A stretch of 64,000 nt of DNA, taken from an uncultured Chloroflexia bacterium. Its GTDB lineage: Bacteria; Chloroflexota; Anaerolineae; Aggregatilineales; Aggregatilineaceae. Both the position numbers and the translations under genes were made by a program. Shown here piece after piece: positions 19,467 to 29,366 of the stretch. How positions within the stretch are numbered: position 1 is the stretch's first letter; the number at the start of each line of letters is the position of its first letter. The stretch covers positions 354,406-418,405 of the forward strand of contig CAWGXG010000001.1 of the NCBI GenBank assembly GCA_963826505.1, written 5' to 3'. The notes beneath the pieces were generated by a model that ran no database searches, was not told the DNA's origin, and saw only the letters and a program-made list of their open reading frames with translations.

Positions 19467-20263
19467 TCGTTGTCCTCTTCGGCAGAGTGCCCGTTTTTGC
19501 CCTGGATGGCCTCTTCGTGCTCTTTGGCGGCTTCTTGCTTGAAGTGCTTAATCGTCAGGTACGCGCCCGACAGGCCAACCAGCATCGCACCGGCAACCAT
19601 AGGCGTGCCTTCGGTCACCAGCCGGTTGGAATAGGCGGGTGAGGTGGTGTCCGCCACCGGGAAGCCCAGGTCTTCAAACGGAACAGGCGATATGTACAGT
19701 GTGGCCGTGCCACCGTTTTCTTCTTCGCCGTAAACGTGTTGAATGTATTTGTCGGGCCGCGCCGCGATCAGGCGGTGCGCCAGGGCTAGCATGTCCTCGT
19801 ATTTGCCGAACTTGATGGCGCTGGTCGGGCAGGTGGCCGCGCACGCGGGCTGTCCACCTTCTTCCAGCCGCGAAAAACACATGTCACATTTGACGACCAG
19901 TGGGAAACGCTCGTTCCATTCGTAATTGGGAACCTTGAACGGACAGGCGTACATGCAGTAACGGCAGCCGATACAAATGTCCTTGTCGTATTCCACGACG
20001 CCGCTTTCGTTGCGAGTCAGCGCGCTGACGGTGCAGGCCGAGACGCACGAAGGGTCTTTGCAGTGCATGCAGTGATAGGGCGCGGTGTAGCGGGACAGGT
20101 CCGGATAGGTTCCCGTGATCCCGGTCTCTTTAATCCAAATGCGCGTGCTGTCCATCGGCACTTCGTTTTGGACGCTGCACGCCACCATGCACGTGCGACA
20201 GTCGATGCACAGTGTGGCGTCAATCAAAAAACCGTAACGCGGAGTTGATGCGTGTTCAGCCAC
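19463..20263 (-). CDS. 4Fe-4S ferredoxin-type subunit (PsrB/PhsB/DmsB-like) with C-terminal TM helix
   Basis: Four Cys clusters (CIDCRTCMVAC, CMHCKDPSCVSAC, CIGCRYCMYACP, CDMCFSRL..CAATCP). GTG start 7 nt after the catalytic-subunit stop. Confidence 0.8.
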   Translation of the reverse strand: MAEHASTPRYGFLIDATLCIDCRTCMVACSVQNEVPMDSTRIWIKETGITGTYPDLSRYTAPYHCMHCKDPSCVSACTVSALTRNESGVVEYDKDICIGCRYCMYACPFKVPNYEWNERFPLVVKCDMCFSRLEEGGQPACAATCPTSAIKFGKYEDMLALAHRLIAARPDKYIQHVYGEEENGGTATLYISPVPFEDLGFPVADTTSPAYSNRLVTEGTPMVAGAMLVGLSGAYLTIKHFKQEAAKEHEEAIQGKNGHSAEEDNE

Positions 20264-20267
20264 GATG

Positions 20268-22439
20268 TTATGCCTTTCTGACGGTGACGAACGTCTGACT
20301 GAGTGCCTGGCTGCCGCTGACCGGATCGGTATAAGTGACGTGCAGCACCGAATCGTTCGCGCCAACGCCGAAGGCTGTTGTCAGGCCCTTCGAGAGATGG
20401 CCGTAGCCGGGAGTCAGATAGACACAGTCGGGGCGAATGCCGGGGGTGACGTGCAGGCGGGTGTTCACAGTGCCAATGTCGCTGGTGACGGACACCCATT
20501 CGCCGTCTTTGAATTCGCGTTCGGCGGCGACGGTTTCGTTCATCCACAGGCGCGGCTCGTCCGCGTATTTGTGCAGCAGTTGGTTATTTTGGGACGCGAA
20601 CTGGGTCGCCTGGGCCACTTTGCCGGTGAGCAGATAGAACTGTCCTTGCGGCGGGGCGGGCGGCTCCTGCCAGATCGGCACGCCGGGGAAGCCCACTCTG
20701 TCGAGCGTGTCGGAGAAAATTTCGACTTTGCCGCTGGGCGTATTCCATGTGAAGCCGGGGTCTTCAGCCGCCGGGAGCGATGCGTAGCCCCTGGCGCGGA
20801 CATCTTCCAGGCTGACGCCGAGCGGCGCCAACTGCTGGCGGATGTAGTCTTCCTCGTCTTCATACTGGAAGTAATCACCCAAACCCAGACGCTCGCCCAA
20901 CTGCTTGTAAATCCAGAGCGCCGAGCGGGCCTCGCCCTGCGGCTCGATCACCGGCTGGCGGAGGAACGCGCGGTCCCCGACCGGCAGCACCGGATCATAG
21001 CGTTCGAGGTAAGAAGCTTCCGGCAGGACGACGTCCGAGAACCACGCCGTATCGTTCAGGAAAATGTCGATCGTGGCGATGAAGTCCATCTTTTCGAAGG
21101 CGGCCAGCGTTTTGGCGCGATCGGGCAGGGACATCACCGGGTTCTGACGGGAGATAAACCAGCCGTGCGCCTGGTAGGGCTGGCCGCTGACGATGTTGTC
21201 GCGCAGCTCCTGGAAAACGCCCAGCTTGAGCGGGACGACCGGGTATTTGTAGGGCACGCCGTCCAGCCGCGCCGCTGAGGCACGCGGGTAAGCGGGTTGG
21301 GGTGGTGCGCCTAATGCGCCGCCTGATTCCCCGCCTGAAGCCTTCAGCGTGACGTTCCAGTTACCGACCAGGGCATTCAGGATGGTGATCGCGCGCTGCG
21401 TCTGGAATGAATTCACAAAGTTGGACGTGCGCCAGCCGTTATGGGCCAGGGCATGGGGGGCAGCCGCCGCGAATTCGCGCGCGATGCGCCGGATGGTGTC
21501 CGCCGGGATTTGGGTGATGGCAGCCGCCCATTCGGGTGTGTACGTCTGGATCTCCTGCGCGAGCTGGTCAAAACCGATCGTGTAGCTCTCCACAAAGGCG
21601 TGATCGTAGAGATCCTCGGTGGTGATGACGTTCAACAGCGCCAGATGGAAAGCCAGATCGGTGCCGGGTGTGATCGGCAGCCATTCGGCGGCTTTGGCGG
21701 CGGTCTTGGTGAAGCGCGGATCGAGATACACGACTTTGACGTCGCGCGCGATAGCGTTACTCAAAGCGGACGTCTCGGAGGTGGAGATCGCCTCCATCAG
21801 ATTGCGGCCCGTCAGGATGATGTATTGCAGATCGTCGTCGTAGATGCGATCGGGCTCTTCCATGCCGTACGTCATCAGGTTGGCGACGATCATGGCGTTG
21901 AAGCACAGGCTGCGCTGCGTGCCGTAATTGGGCGAGCCGTAGGCATAAAGCAGGTTCTCAAACTGGACCTGACTCAGGTTATGCGTGGACGAAAAGACCA
22001 TCGCCTCCGGCCCATACGTGTTCTTGATGGCCAGCATCTGGCCGGCGGTCACGTCCAGCGCTTCGTCCCACGACGCTTTGCGGAACTTGCCTTCGCCGCG
22101 ATTCCCGGCGCGGATGAGCGGCGTCAGGACGCGGTCGGGATCGTAGGTATTCATCAGGCCAGACTGCCCGCGCACGCACAGGTGGCCCTTGGAATGGGGA
22201 TGTTCGGGGTTGCCGTCCAGCTTGACGACGCGCCCCTGTTCGACTCTGGCGATCAAGCCGCAGCGCCAGACACACATCTCGCACGTGCTGGGGATGAAAC
22301 CGTCCCCGCGTGCGTTCAAGAGATTGGCATCCCGGGCGGCCTGTGCCACGGCGGGCGGAAGAAACTCCGATACCGCCAACGTGCCCGCGGCAGCAGCGCT
22401 CGCCTTCAGGAAATTGCGCCTTGTCAACGATAGGGTCAT
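20268..22439 (-). CDS. molybdopterin (bis-MGD) oxidoreductase catalytic subunit, Psr/Phs/Sre-like, Tat-exported
   Basis: RRNFLKASAAAAG Tat signal. N-terminal 4Fe-4S motif CEMCVWRCG..C. 723 aa, fitting polysulfide/thiosulfate reductase size. Confidence 0.85.
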   Translation of the reverse strand: MTLSLTRRNFLKASAAAAGTLAVSEFLPPAVAQAARDANLLNARGDGFIPSTCEMCVWRCGLIARVEQGRVVKLDGNPEHPHSKGHLCVRGQSGLMNTYDPDRVLTPLIRAGNRGEGKFRKASWDEALDVTAGQMLAIKNTYGPEAMVFSSTHNLSQVQFENLLYAYGSPNYGTQRSLCFNAMIVANLMTYGMEEPDRIYDDDLQYIILTGRNLMEAISTSETSALSNAIARDVKVVYLDPRFTKTAAKAAEWLPITPGTDLAFHLALLNVITTEDLYDHAFVESYTIGFDQLAQEIQTYTPEWAAAITQIPADTIRRIAREFAAAAPHALAHNGWRTSNFVNSFQTQRAITILNALVGNWNVTLKASGGESGGALGAPPQPAYPRASAARLDGVPYKYPVVPLKLGVFQELRDNIVSGQPYQAHGWFISRQNPVMSLPDRAKTLAAFEKMDFIATIDIFLNDTAWFSDVVLPEASYLERYDPVLPVGDRAFLRQPVIEPQGEARSALWIYKQLGERLGLGDYFQYEDEEDYIRQQLAPLGVSLEDVRARGYASLPAAEDPGFTWNTPSGKVEIFSDTLDRVGFPGVPIWQEPPAPPQGQFYLLTGKVAQATQFASQNNQLLHKYADEPRLWMNETVAAEREFKDGEWVSVTSDIGTVNTRLHVTPGIRPDCVYLTPGYGHLSKGLTTAFGVGANDSVLHVTYTDPVSGSQALSQTFVTVRKA

Positions 22440-22492
22440 GTTGAACTCCGGTCCTCAAAGGTTAGTGTTGCCCAAACTCCGCACCTGACAGG

Positions 22493-23041
22493 CTATTCCC
22501 GCTCTTTACGCTGCAAGCCAGCACGGTCGATCAGATAGAACAGGAAGAGCGCCATAAGCGCAAAACAGAGGACCATCAGAAACGGGCTGAGATCCCACAG
22601 GTCGGGCAGCACGACGCTGCCGTAGTTGGACAGGGACGAGATTTTGGGAAACACCTGCTGGTATGTCAGACCGTAGATTACGGCCCCTACGAAGAAACCG
22701 CCCAAACCGGGGATCAGGTAATCTAGCTTGCCTTCGCCACTGCCTGCGGCACACGTCCCTGGGCAGAAGCCGCTGAGGGCCATCCCCGCGCCGAAAATCA
22801 GGCCACCGATCAGGTTGCCGGTGATATAGGTGGCGGGCACGTTGGGGAACGTGATCAGGCCCAGGCCGCGCAGGGCGTACAAACCGGACATGGACACGAC
22901 CAGCGCGGTCATCATGAATTTGAGCACGGCCATATCGGTGAAGCGGAACACGTTGACGATCTTGTGATACTTCGTCAGGCCCGCCTTGTTGAGCGAAAAC
23001 CCGAAGGCGACACCCAGCACCAACGCGATGATGTTATCCAT
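22493..23041 (-). CDS. YeeE/YedE (sulfur-transport, DUF395) family membrane protein
   Basis: Conserved GFCPG..CAAGSG cysteine motif. 182 aa. Paired with a second half-size homologue. Confidence 0.7.
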   Translation of the reverse strand: MDNIIALVLGVAFGFSLNKAGLTKYHKIVNVFRFTDMAVLKFMMTALVVSMSGLYALRGLGLITFPNVPATYITGNLIGGLIFGAGMALSGFCPGTCAAGSGEGKLDYLIPGLGGFFVGAVIYGLTYQQVFPKISSLSNYGSVVLPDLWDLSPFLMVLCFALMALFLFYLIDRAGLQRKERE

Positions 23042-23043
23042 GC

Positions 23044-23589
23044 CTAATATCTCCTGCGATACACAACGAGCGATGTCACGATGCCCGCCGCAAACATGCC
23101 GCCAATGAACACGTACGCCGAAGGCGCGAGCAGCATCCCGCCCGAAATGGCGAGTCCGCTCGTGCAGCCGCCCGCGATGCCCGCCGCGTATTCAAGGATC
23201 ACCGCGCCGGTGAAGGCGAGCGCCCAGCGTTTCCAGACCTGTGGGCCGAAGATGCTTTTCCACTGCTCATCGCTGTTGGCCGAACCTTTTTTGCCCCACT
23301 GCAGGGTGCCGCTGGTGGCGGCCCCGAGCATGCCCCCGAAGAACATTCCAACCACCAGGATCACGCCCCAGGATATGCCGGGCGGCATGATGTAGTTGAA
23401 ATACAAATTGTTGAAGGTGTCCGGGACGACAGCCTGACCGACTTTTCCGGCGATTCGCTCAAAGGCTCCCGACGCACCCAGCAGATTATTGCTCAGCCAG
23501 ACGGCCAGCACGCCCACGACCCCGAGCAAGGCTCCGGCGATATAGGGCGACCACTCGTCGCGGCGAATGTAATTGATGACGGTTTTCAT
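23044..23589 (-). CDS. YeeE/YedE (sulfur-transport) family membrane protein, second paralogue
   Basis: AGGCTSG motif. Start placed at MKTVINYI; alternative upstream ATGs at 23601 and 23631. Confidence 0.65.
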   Translation of the reverse strand: MKTVINYIRRDEWSPYIAGALLGVVGVLAVWLSNNLLGASGAFERIAGKVGQAVVPDTFNNLYFNYIMPPGISWGVILVVGMFFGGMLGAATSGTLQWGKKGSANSDEQWKSIFGPQVWKRWALAFTGAVILEYAAGIAGGCTSGLAISGGMLLAPSAYVFIGGMFAAGIVTSLVVYRRRY

Positions 23590-23593
23590 GGCG

Positions 23594-24448
23594 CTACCCA
23601 TCCAGTTTGTCGTGTGGGACAACGGCATCAATCAGGCTCAGCACTTTGTCGATCTGAGGATTGGCGATAAGTTTCTTCAACGCGTGACGCGTTTGGACTT
23701 TCAGACCGCTCAGGGCGGGCAGCATGGCGACGACGTCTTCGGGATATTCGCCCGCGACCTGGCGGGTTTTGCCGCTCAGCTTATTCCTGCGCAGCTCGTT
23801 CACCACGACGAACGCGCCACCGCCCACGACCAGCAGCTCGATGATGATGATCAGGGCGATGTTGCCCCAGTTGACCGGGCGCTCGCCCAACACGATCTCG
23901 TTGTAGCGCTGGGTGTAATCGACTACGTTGGGATCGTCCACCGACAATTTAGCGGTGAAAGGTGAAGCCGCGACCGGTACTGCGGCTGACGACGTGGTGT
24001 TCGTCGTGGAGGTTGTGGTCGTGGTCGATGTGTCGGAGGTTGAACCCGCACCGCCGCTGCTCGCGCTGGCCAGATCGATGCCCAGGGCGTCAGCGTAGAC
24101 CTGAGCGCGCTTCTGGAGATCGTTGGGGTGGCACTGCGCGCAGCCCGCGTCGATATCCGAAAGGGGCGACACCATCCCGGCGTGGGCAGCATTTATCTCT
24201 GTTGCCTGCTGGTTGCCACCATGACAGATATAACAGAAATCGCCGAACGCGTGCGACTTGTGCCAGCCGGTGCCGTCATTGTTGACCGGGTCCTGGCCCT
24301 GCACTTCGTGACAGTTCTTGCAAGACGAGGCTTGCGAGCCGCACTGGGCTTCTGACGTGTGGGCCGTCATCAGCCACAGGGTGGCCCCGATGACGAGCAG
24401 CACCAGACCGCCCAACAACCAAAGAAACGGTGTCTTTCGGTATGGCAT
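23594..24448 (-). CDS. membrane-anchored triheme c-type cytochrome with Ser/Thr-rich linker and second TM helix
   Basis: Three CXXCH motifs (CKNCHE, CYICHG, CAQCHP). Perfect SD GAGGAGG before the ATG. TSDTSTTTTTSTTNTTSS linker. Confidence 0.7.
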   Translation of the reverse strand: MPYRKTPFLWLLGGLVLLVIGATLWLMTAHTSEAQCGSQASSCKNCHEVQGQDPVNNDGTGWHKSHAFGDFCYICHGGNQQATEINAAHAGMVSPLSDIDAGCAQCHPNDLQKRAQVYADALGIDLASASSGGAGSTSDTSTTTTTSTTNTTSSAAVPVAASPFTAKLSVDDPNVVDYTQRYNEIVLGERPVNWGNIALIIIIELLVVGGGAFVVVNELRRNKLSGKTRQVAGEYPEDVVAMLPALSGLKVQTRHALKKLIANPQIDKVLSLIDAVVPHDKLDG

Positions 24449-24490
24449 GTATTCCTCCTCAAAGGAATGGTGTGTGGACCGCGCCACGAA

Positions 24491-24829
24491 CTAAGTGCCA
24501 GTTTCTTCGATCAAACTGGCGCGATGGACAATCCGATCGCGCAGGACAGATCTCAATATATTGAGTGCCTCGATCAGGCGAGCGTCAGCTAACTGGTATT
24601 GGACGTTCTGCCCTTGCCGGACCGCAATCACCAGCCCTCGATCGCGCAGAATCTTGAGATGGCGCGAAGTCGTGGACTGAGGGATCTCGAGCACCTCGAC
24701 CAGTTCCGCGACATTGCACGGTTTTTCGTCCAGGGCGTACAGAATCAGAATCCGGGTTGAATCTGACAGGGCAAAACACAGATCGGCTTCCATGAGTGAG
24801 ATTTCGCGTGCGAGCTCACGTGTGTTCAT
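24491..24829 (-). CDS. ArsR/SmtB family transcriptional regulator
   Basis: Winged-HTH STRILILYAL..CNVAELVEVLEIPQSTTSRHLKIL. Single Cys where arsenite-sensing ArsR has CVC, so probably not an As(III) sensor. Confidence 0.85.
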   Translation of the reverse strand: MNTRELAREISLMEADLCFALSDSTRILILYALDEKPCNVAELVEVLEIPQSTTSRHLKILRDRGLVIAVRQGQNVQYQLADARLIEALNILRSVLRDRIVHRASLIEETGT

Positions 24830-24850
24830 GTGGTTTCTCCCTGGTGTAAT

Positions 24851-24872
24851 ACATATCCGGATAATAGGATAT
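24851..24872. promoter_or_regulatory. inverted repeat ATATCC-N8-GGATAT just upstream of arsR-like gene (candidate ArsR-family operator)
   Basis: Palindrome seen directly in the sequence, 22 bp upstream of the regulator start codon. Confidence 0.3.
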
Positions 24873-25041
24873 ATTGATGAGTGGACATTCTAGAAGTGGG
24901 GAACGAGTCGGGTCAGTGACATAGCTCATGGCAGTTAATGAAATTTGTCACAATCGCGAACGAATGGTGCACGCATTGATCAGGGGGTCAGGAGTGGGGC
25001 GGAAATGGAAGGGGGCAGCGCACCCTATCCGACAGGGATTT

Positions 25042-25671
25042 TCAAGCCAGGGCGGCTAACTCGGACACGAGGCTGATGGGGGTCATCACCTGATAATAGG
25101 GGCCTTCAGCGCAGGAGCGGCACAGCGTTTCACCGTTGAGGACCACCTCGCGCTCGTTGCTGATTTCCTCCCCGCACCGCGCGCACACCGCGCGCAGACC
25201 GGGCTGGCTGATCAGCTCGGCCAGGGGCAGTGTCACGCACACGTCCTGCACGTTGAACAATTCCGCGAACGGCATGATCTGATAGCCTTCCAACTGCGCG
25301 TGCCAGCGGCTGCTGGCCTCCGGCATTATCTCCACGGCGCGCTGGCGCGAGAAGTCCGTCGGCCAGATACGCACGGCGCAGTGGGTTTGTGTGTCGACGA
25401 TCGTCGCGGCGATTTTGCCGAAATCCATCAGGCGCAGCGTGCGGTGGCCCAGCGTGCAGCCCGTAGCGACCGACAGCCCGTCGACGAAACAGCCGTCCGT
25501 CTCGACAAACGTGAACAGCCGCTTGTCGGTCTGCGGGAGGGGCAGACCAAACAGGTGGGCCGCGTACATCCCCATGCGTACCCCTAGGACCTGGCGCGGG
25601 CACAGGTGGCTGTGCAGTGCCGCGGATTGGTCCAGCAGGCTTTTCAGATCGGGTTCGATATAGGCCAGCAT
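25042..25671 (-). CDS. FmdE-family protein with C-terminal CxxC..CxxC zinc ribbon
   Basis: HLCPRQVLGVRMG signature of the FmdE domain. Terminal CARCGEEI..CRSC. SD AAAGGAAG before ATG 25671. Confidence 0.6.
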   Translation of the reverse strand: MLAYIEPDLKSLLDQSAALHSHLCPRQVLGVRMGMYAAHLFGLPLPQTDKRLFTFVETDGCFVDGLSVATGCTLGHRTLRLMDFGKIAATIVDTQTHCAVRIWPTDFSRQRAVEIMPEASSRWHAQLEGYQIMPFAELFNVQDVCVTLPLAELISQPGLRAVCARCGEEISNEREVVLNGETLCRSCAEGPYYQVMTPISLVSELAALA

Positions 25672-25994
25672 GATGAACTTCCTTTGATGTGAGCTTCTGA
25701 GGCTGGGGCTGCTCACATAGATGGCCAGCGGCGGATGACTTGCCGAGCGCCGTGGCGGGTCGGGTTGATTTCCATTACAGACGGTATCTCGCCCACCACG
25801 CCAGCGCCACATCCTGACACAGACAGTATGATAGTGCGTTCGTCATTCGCGCGAACGTAGTGATAATTGTCACAAGTTGGACATCCGAGTGTCAAGTGAT
25901 CGCCGTGCCGGGGAGTGAAAATCGCATGTCAGTCGATCGGGGCAGTAGCCGCGGTTCTTCCATACCGGATGGGAATTTGCCGGACATTCGTTGT

Positions 25995-26022
25995 TTGCAT
26001 AATAACAGACAATAATTATAAT
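25995..26022 (+). promoter_or_regulatory. candidate sigma70 promoter (TTGCAT - 16 nt - TATAAT) for the cox operon
   Basis: AT-rich island in the divergent region, about 110 nt upstream of coxII ATG. Confidence 0.35.
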
Positions 26023-26134
26023 CTTTATACCAAGAATAAGTCACTGTCAGGTTTCCAACTCTCGGGCCGCGCCGCGCGACAGTCCTTGATCGTGGCAAGA
26101 GAGCTCTACGACTGGACGCCAGAAAGCTGAGGAA

Positions 26135-27129
26135 ATGAAGAGGGGTATTCGACTTCTAACAGGACCGGCGCTGGTCCTTCTTTTATCTGGCTGTTCAAAC
26201 CAACAAAACTTCCTCGACCCCGCCTCACCTACTTCTCAAAAAGAAGCCAATCTGACCTGGATCGTATTGGGCATGTCCCTGGTCGTGTTCCTGCTGGTGG
26301 AGGGACTGCTCGTTGTCAACATTCTGCGCTTTCGCCATAACGAGCATGTTCACGAGCTGTCCCGCTCCCGCGAAATCATGTTGGAGGTCATTTGGACGGG
26401 CATTCCGTTGATCCTGGTGACAATCCTGTTCTTCCTCACCGTGCGCACCATGAACGCCGTCTCCGCGCCTGAACCTGCTCAAAGTGACGTGAACGTGCAT
26501 GTGGTGGCGCACCTGTGGTGGTGGGAGTTCGAATATCCGGACCTGGGCATCGATACCGCCGACGAACTGCACATCCCGGTTAACACAAACGTCCAGATCA
26601 CGCTGGATTCGGCGGATGTCGTGCACAGTTTTTGGGTGCCCGCGTTGGCGGGCAAAACGGATGCGGTCCCCGGGGTGAGCAACAGCATGTGGCTGCACGG
26701 CGACCAGATCGGCATGTATGAGGGACAGTGCGCGGAATTCTGCGGGCTGAACCACGCGGCGATGCGCTTCAAGGTGTTCGTAGATTCGCCAAGACGATTT
26801 CGATGCCTGGGTCAACAACCAGCAGCAGCCCCCGCCCGATCCGCAAACCGATCTTGAGAAAACAGGTTACGACCTCGTGGCGCACGGCATGTGCGCGGGC
26901 TGCCATACCATCGGGGATCACCCGGCGCCGCAGCCGATCGGCCCCAATCTGACGCACCTTTATTCTCGTTCGTCCTTTGCGGGGGCCACGTATCGATCTC
27001 AACGACGCTAATTTGCGTCGGTGGATTCAGGATTCGGGCGCGATGAAACCCGGGAACCTGATGCAAGACATGCGCGTCAAGCCCGAGGATGTTGACGCGG
27101 TGATGGCCTATCTTTCGACGCTGAAATGA
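26135..27129 (+). pseudogene. ctaC: cytochrome c oxidase subunit II fused to cytochrome c (caa3-type CtaC/CaaB), two 1-nt insertions (~26791, ~26991)
   Basis: CuA site HSFWVP..CAEFCGLNHAAM. Frame shifts to DDFDAWVNN..CAGCHTIG, then to IDLNDANLRRWIQD..KPGNLMQ. Both breaks are repaired by removing one base. Confidence 0.8.
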
Positions 27130-27141
27130 ACTAGGCAGGTT

Positions 27142-29366
27142 ATGACTACTCAACCACAGGTTCAAAGCGGCCCGCTGCCTCGCGCGCATGCGCTAGGCGA
27201 AAGCGGCGTGTTAAGCTGGCTGATGACGGTCGATCACAAGCGTATCGGGATCATGTACATCGTCTCGGCCTTCGTGTTTTTTGTGATCGGCGGCGCGCTC
27301 GCGCTGCTGATGCGCCTTCAGCTCGCCCAGCCCAACGGGAAAATTCTGGATAACGCCACCTACGACCAGGTCTTCACCATGCACGGCACGACCATGATCT
27401 TCCTGGTCGTGATGCCGCTCTCGGTCGGGCTGGCGAATTATATCGTTCCGCTGATGATCGGCGCGCGCGATATGGCGTTTCCCAAGGTGAACGCGCTGGG
27501 ATTCTGGCTGTTTGGCTTTGGGGCGCTATTTCTCTACAGCAGTTTTCTGTTCGGCGGCGCGCCGGACAAAGGTTGGTTCAGCTATGCGCCGATGACGGAG
27601 CTGCCCTATTCGCCGGGCAGCGGCATGGATTTCTGGGCGCTGTCGATCCTGGTGCTGACGGCGTCGACGACGGTTTCGTCGATCAACTTCATCGTCACGG
27701 TGGCCCAACTGCGCGCGCCGGGCATGACGTTGGAGCGCATCCCACTGTTTGCCTGGATGATGGTCGTGACGTCGGTGTTATCGGTTTTCGCGTTTCCTTC
27801 GCTGGCTGTGTCGGCGGGTTTGCTGTTGACCGACCGGCAGATAGGCACGCACTTTTTCGACGTGGCGAACGGGGGCAGCGCGCTGCTGTGGCAGCATCTG
27901 TTCTGGTTCTTCGGCCACCCGGAAGTGTATATCCTGATCCTGCCCGCCTTCGGGATCATCTCGGAGGTCGTGCCGGTGTTCTCCGGCAAGCCGCTGTTCG
28001 GCGCGAAGACGGTGATCCTGTCGGGCATGCTGATCGGCATCCTGGGCTTTACGGTCTGGGCGCACCACATGTTCGCGGTGGGCATGCCGGACGTGTCGAT
28101 GCTGTTCTTCTCGGCGGACAGCTTTCTGATCGGCGTGCCGACCGGCATCAAGATCTTCGCGTGGCTGGCGACCATGTGGGGCGGACAGACTGCGCCTCAA
28201 AACGCCGATGCTGTTCGCCATCGGGCATATTGCGCTGTTCACGATCGGCGGGCTGAGCGGAATCATGCAGGCCGTGATCCCGATTGACTGGCAGGTGACG
28301 GACAGCTATTTCATCGTCGCGCACCTGCATTACGTGCTGTTTGGCGGGGCGCTGTTCGGGCTGTTCGCCGGGTTTTATTACTGGTTCCCCAAGTTCAGCG
28401 GGCGCATGCTGGACGAACGGATCGGCAAGTGGCATTTCTGGACGATGTTCATCGGCATGAACGTGCTGTATTTCCCGATGCACATCCTGGGCCTTATGGG
28501 CATGCCGCGCCGCATCTACACCTACAGCCCCGGATTCGGGGTGGGGCGATCTGAATCTGCTGTCGTCGATCGGCGGCTTCGTCGTCGCGGTGTCGGTGCT
28601 GATTTTCCTGTACAACCTGGCGGTGTCGCTGCGCCAACCGGCCACCGCCGAAGACGATCCCTGGGATGCCAACACGTTGGAATGGGGCACCAGCTCGCCG
28701 CCTCCGGCCTACAATTTCGCCGAGATCCCGGAAGTCAGCAGCCCGCGCCCGCTGTGGGATCGGAAACATGAGGCACCAGCCGAGGAGCGCACGGTCATGA
28801 ACCCCAGCCTGCCCTCGCGCAGAAACCCGGATGACCTTGCGCGCACGACGCTGCTGGTGGTGCTCGCGTCCGAATCGACGCTGTTCAGCACGCTGCTGAT
28901 GGCTTACCTGTACCTGCGCACGGGCGCGGGTCAGGCGGCATTCGTCCAGGTGGCGGGGTCGGACTGGCTGATCGCCGCTGCCAACACGGGTGTGCTGCTG
29001 CTCAGCGCATGGGTGGTGGGGCAGGCGGCGACTGCCATCCGGAACGGGGACCGGCGCGGACTGGTCAGCCGGTTGGTGATCAGGCTGGCGCTGGGACTGG
29101 TCTTCGTGGGCGGGCAGGTCTTCGAGTTCAACCGGTCAGGTATGGCGCCCGACGATCCGGCTTTTGGCGGCGTGTATTTCGCGCTAATGGGCTTTCACGC
29201 ACTGCACGTGTTGGCGGGTATCGTAATCCTGAGTGTGAACGCGGCCCGCGCCTGGCTGGGTGATTTCACGGCGCGGCGGCACACGGCGGTGAAAGCCGGG
29301 GCGTGGTTCTGGTATTACGTCACGGGCGTGTGGGTCGTGCTGTTCGTGGGGCTGTACCTCCTATGA
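27142..29366 (+). pseudogene. ctaD: cytochrome c oxidase subunit I fused with subunit III (caa3-type CaaA-like), two 1-nt insertions (~28189, ~28541)
   Basis: Canonical CoxI motifs (WFFGHPEVY, HHMF). WGGQ|LRLKTPMLF and PGFG|WGDLNLL are restored by deleting one base each. The C-terminal 170 aa are CoxIII-like (FYFALMGFHALHV). Confidence 0.85.
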
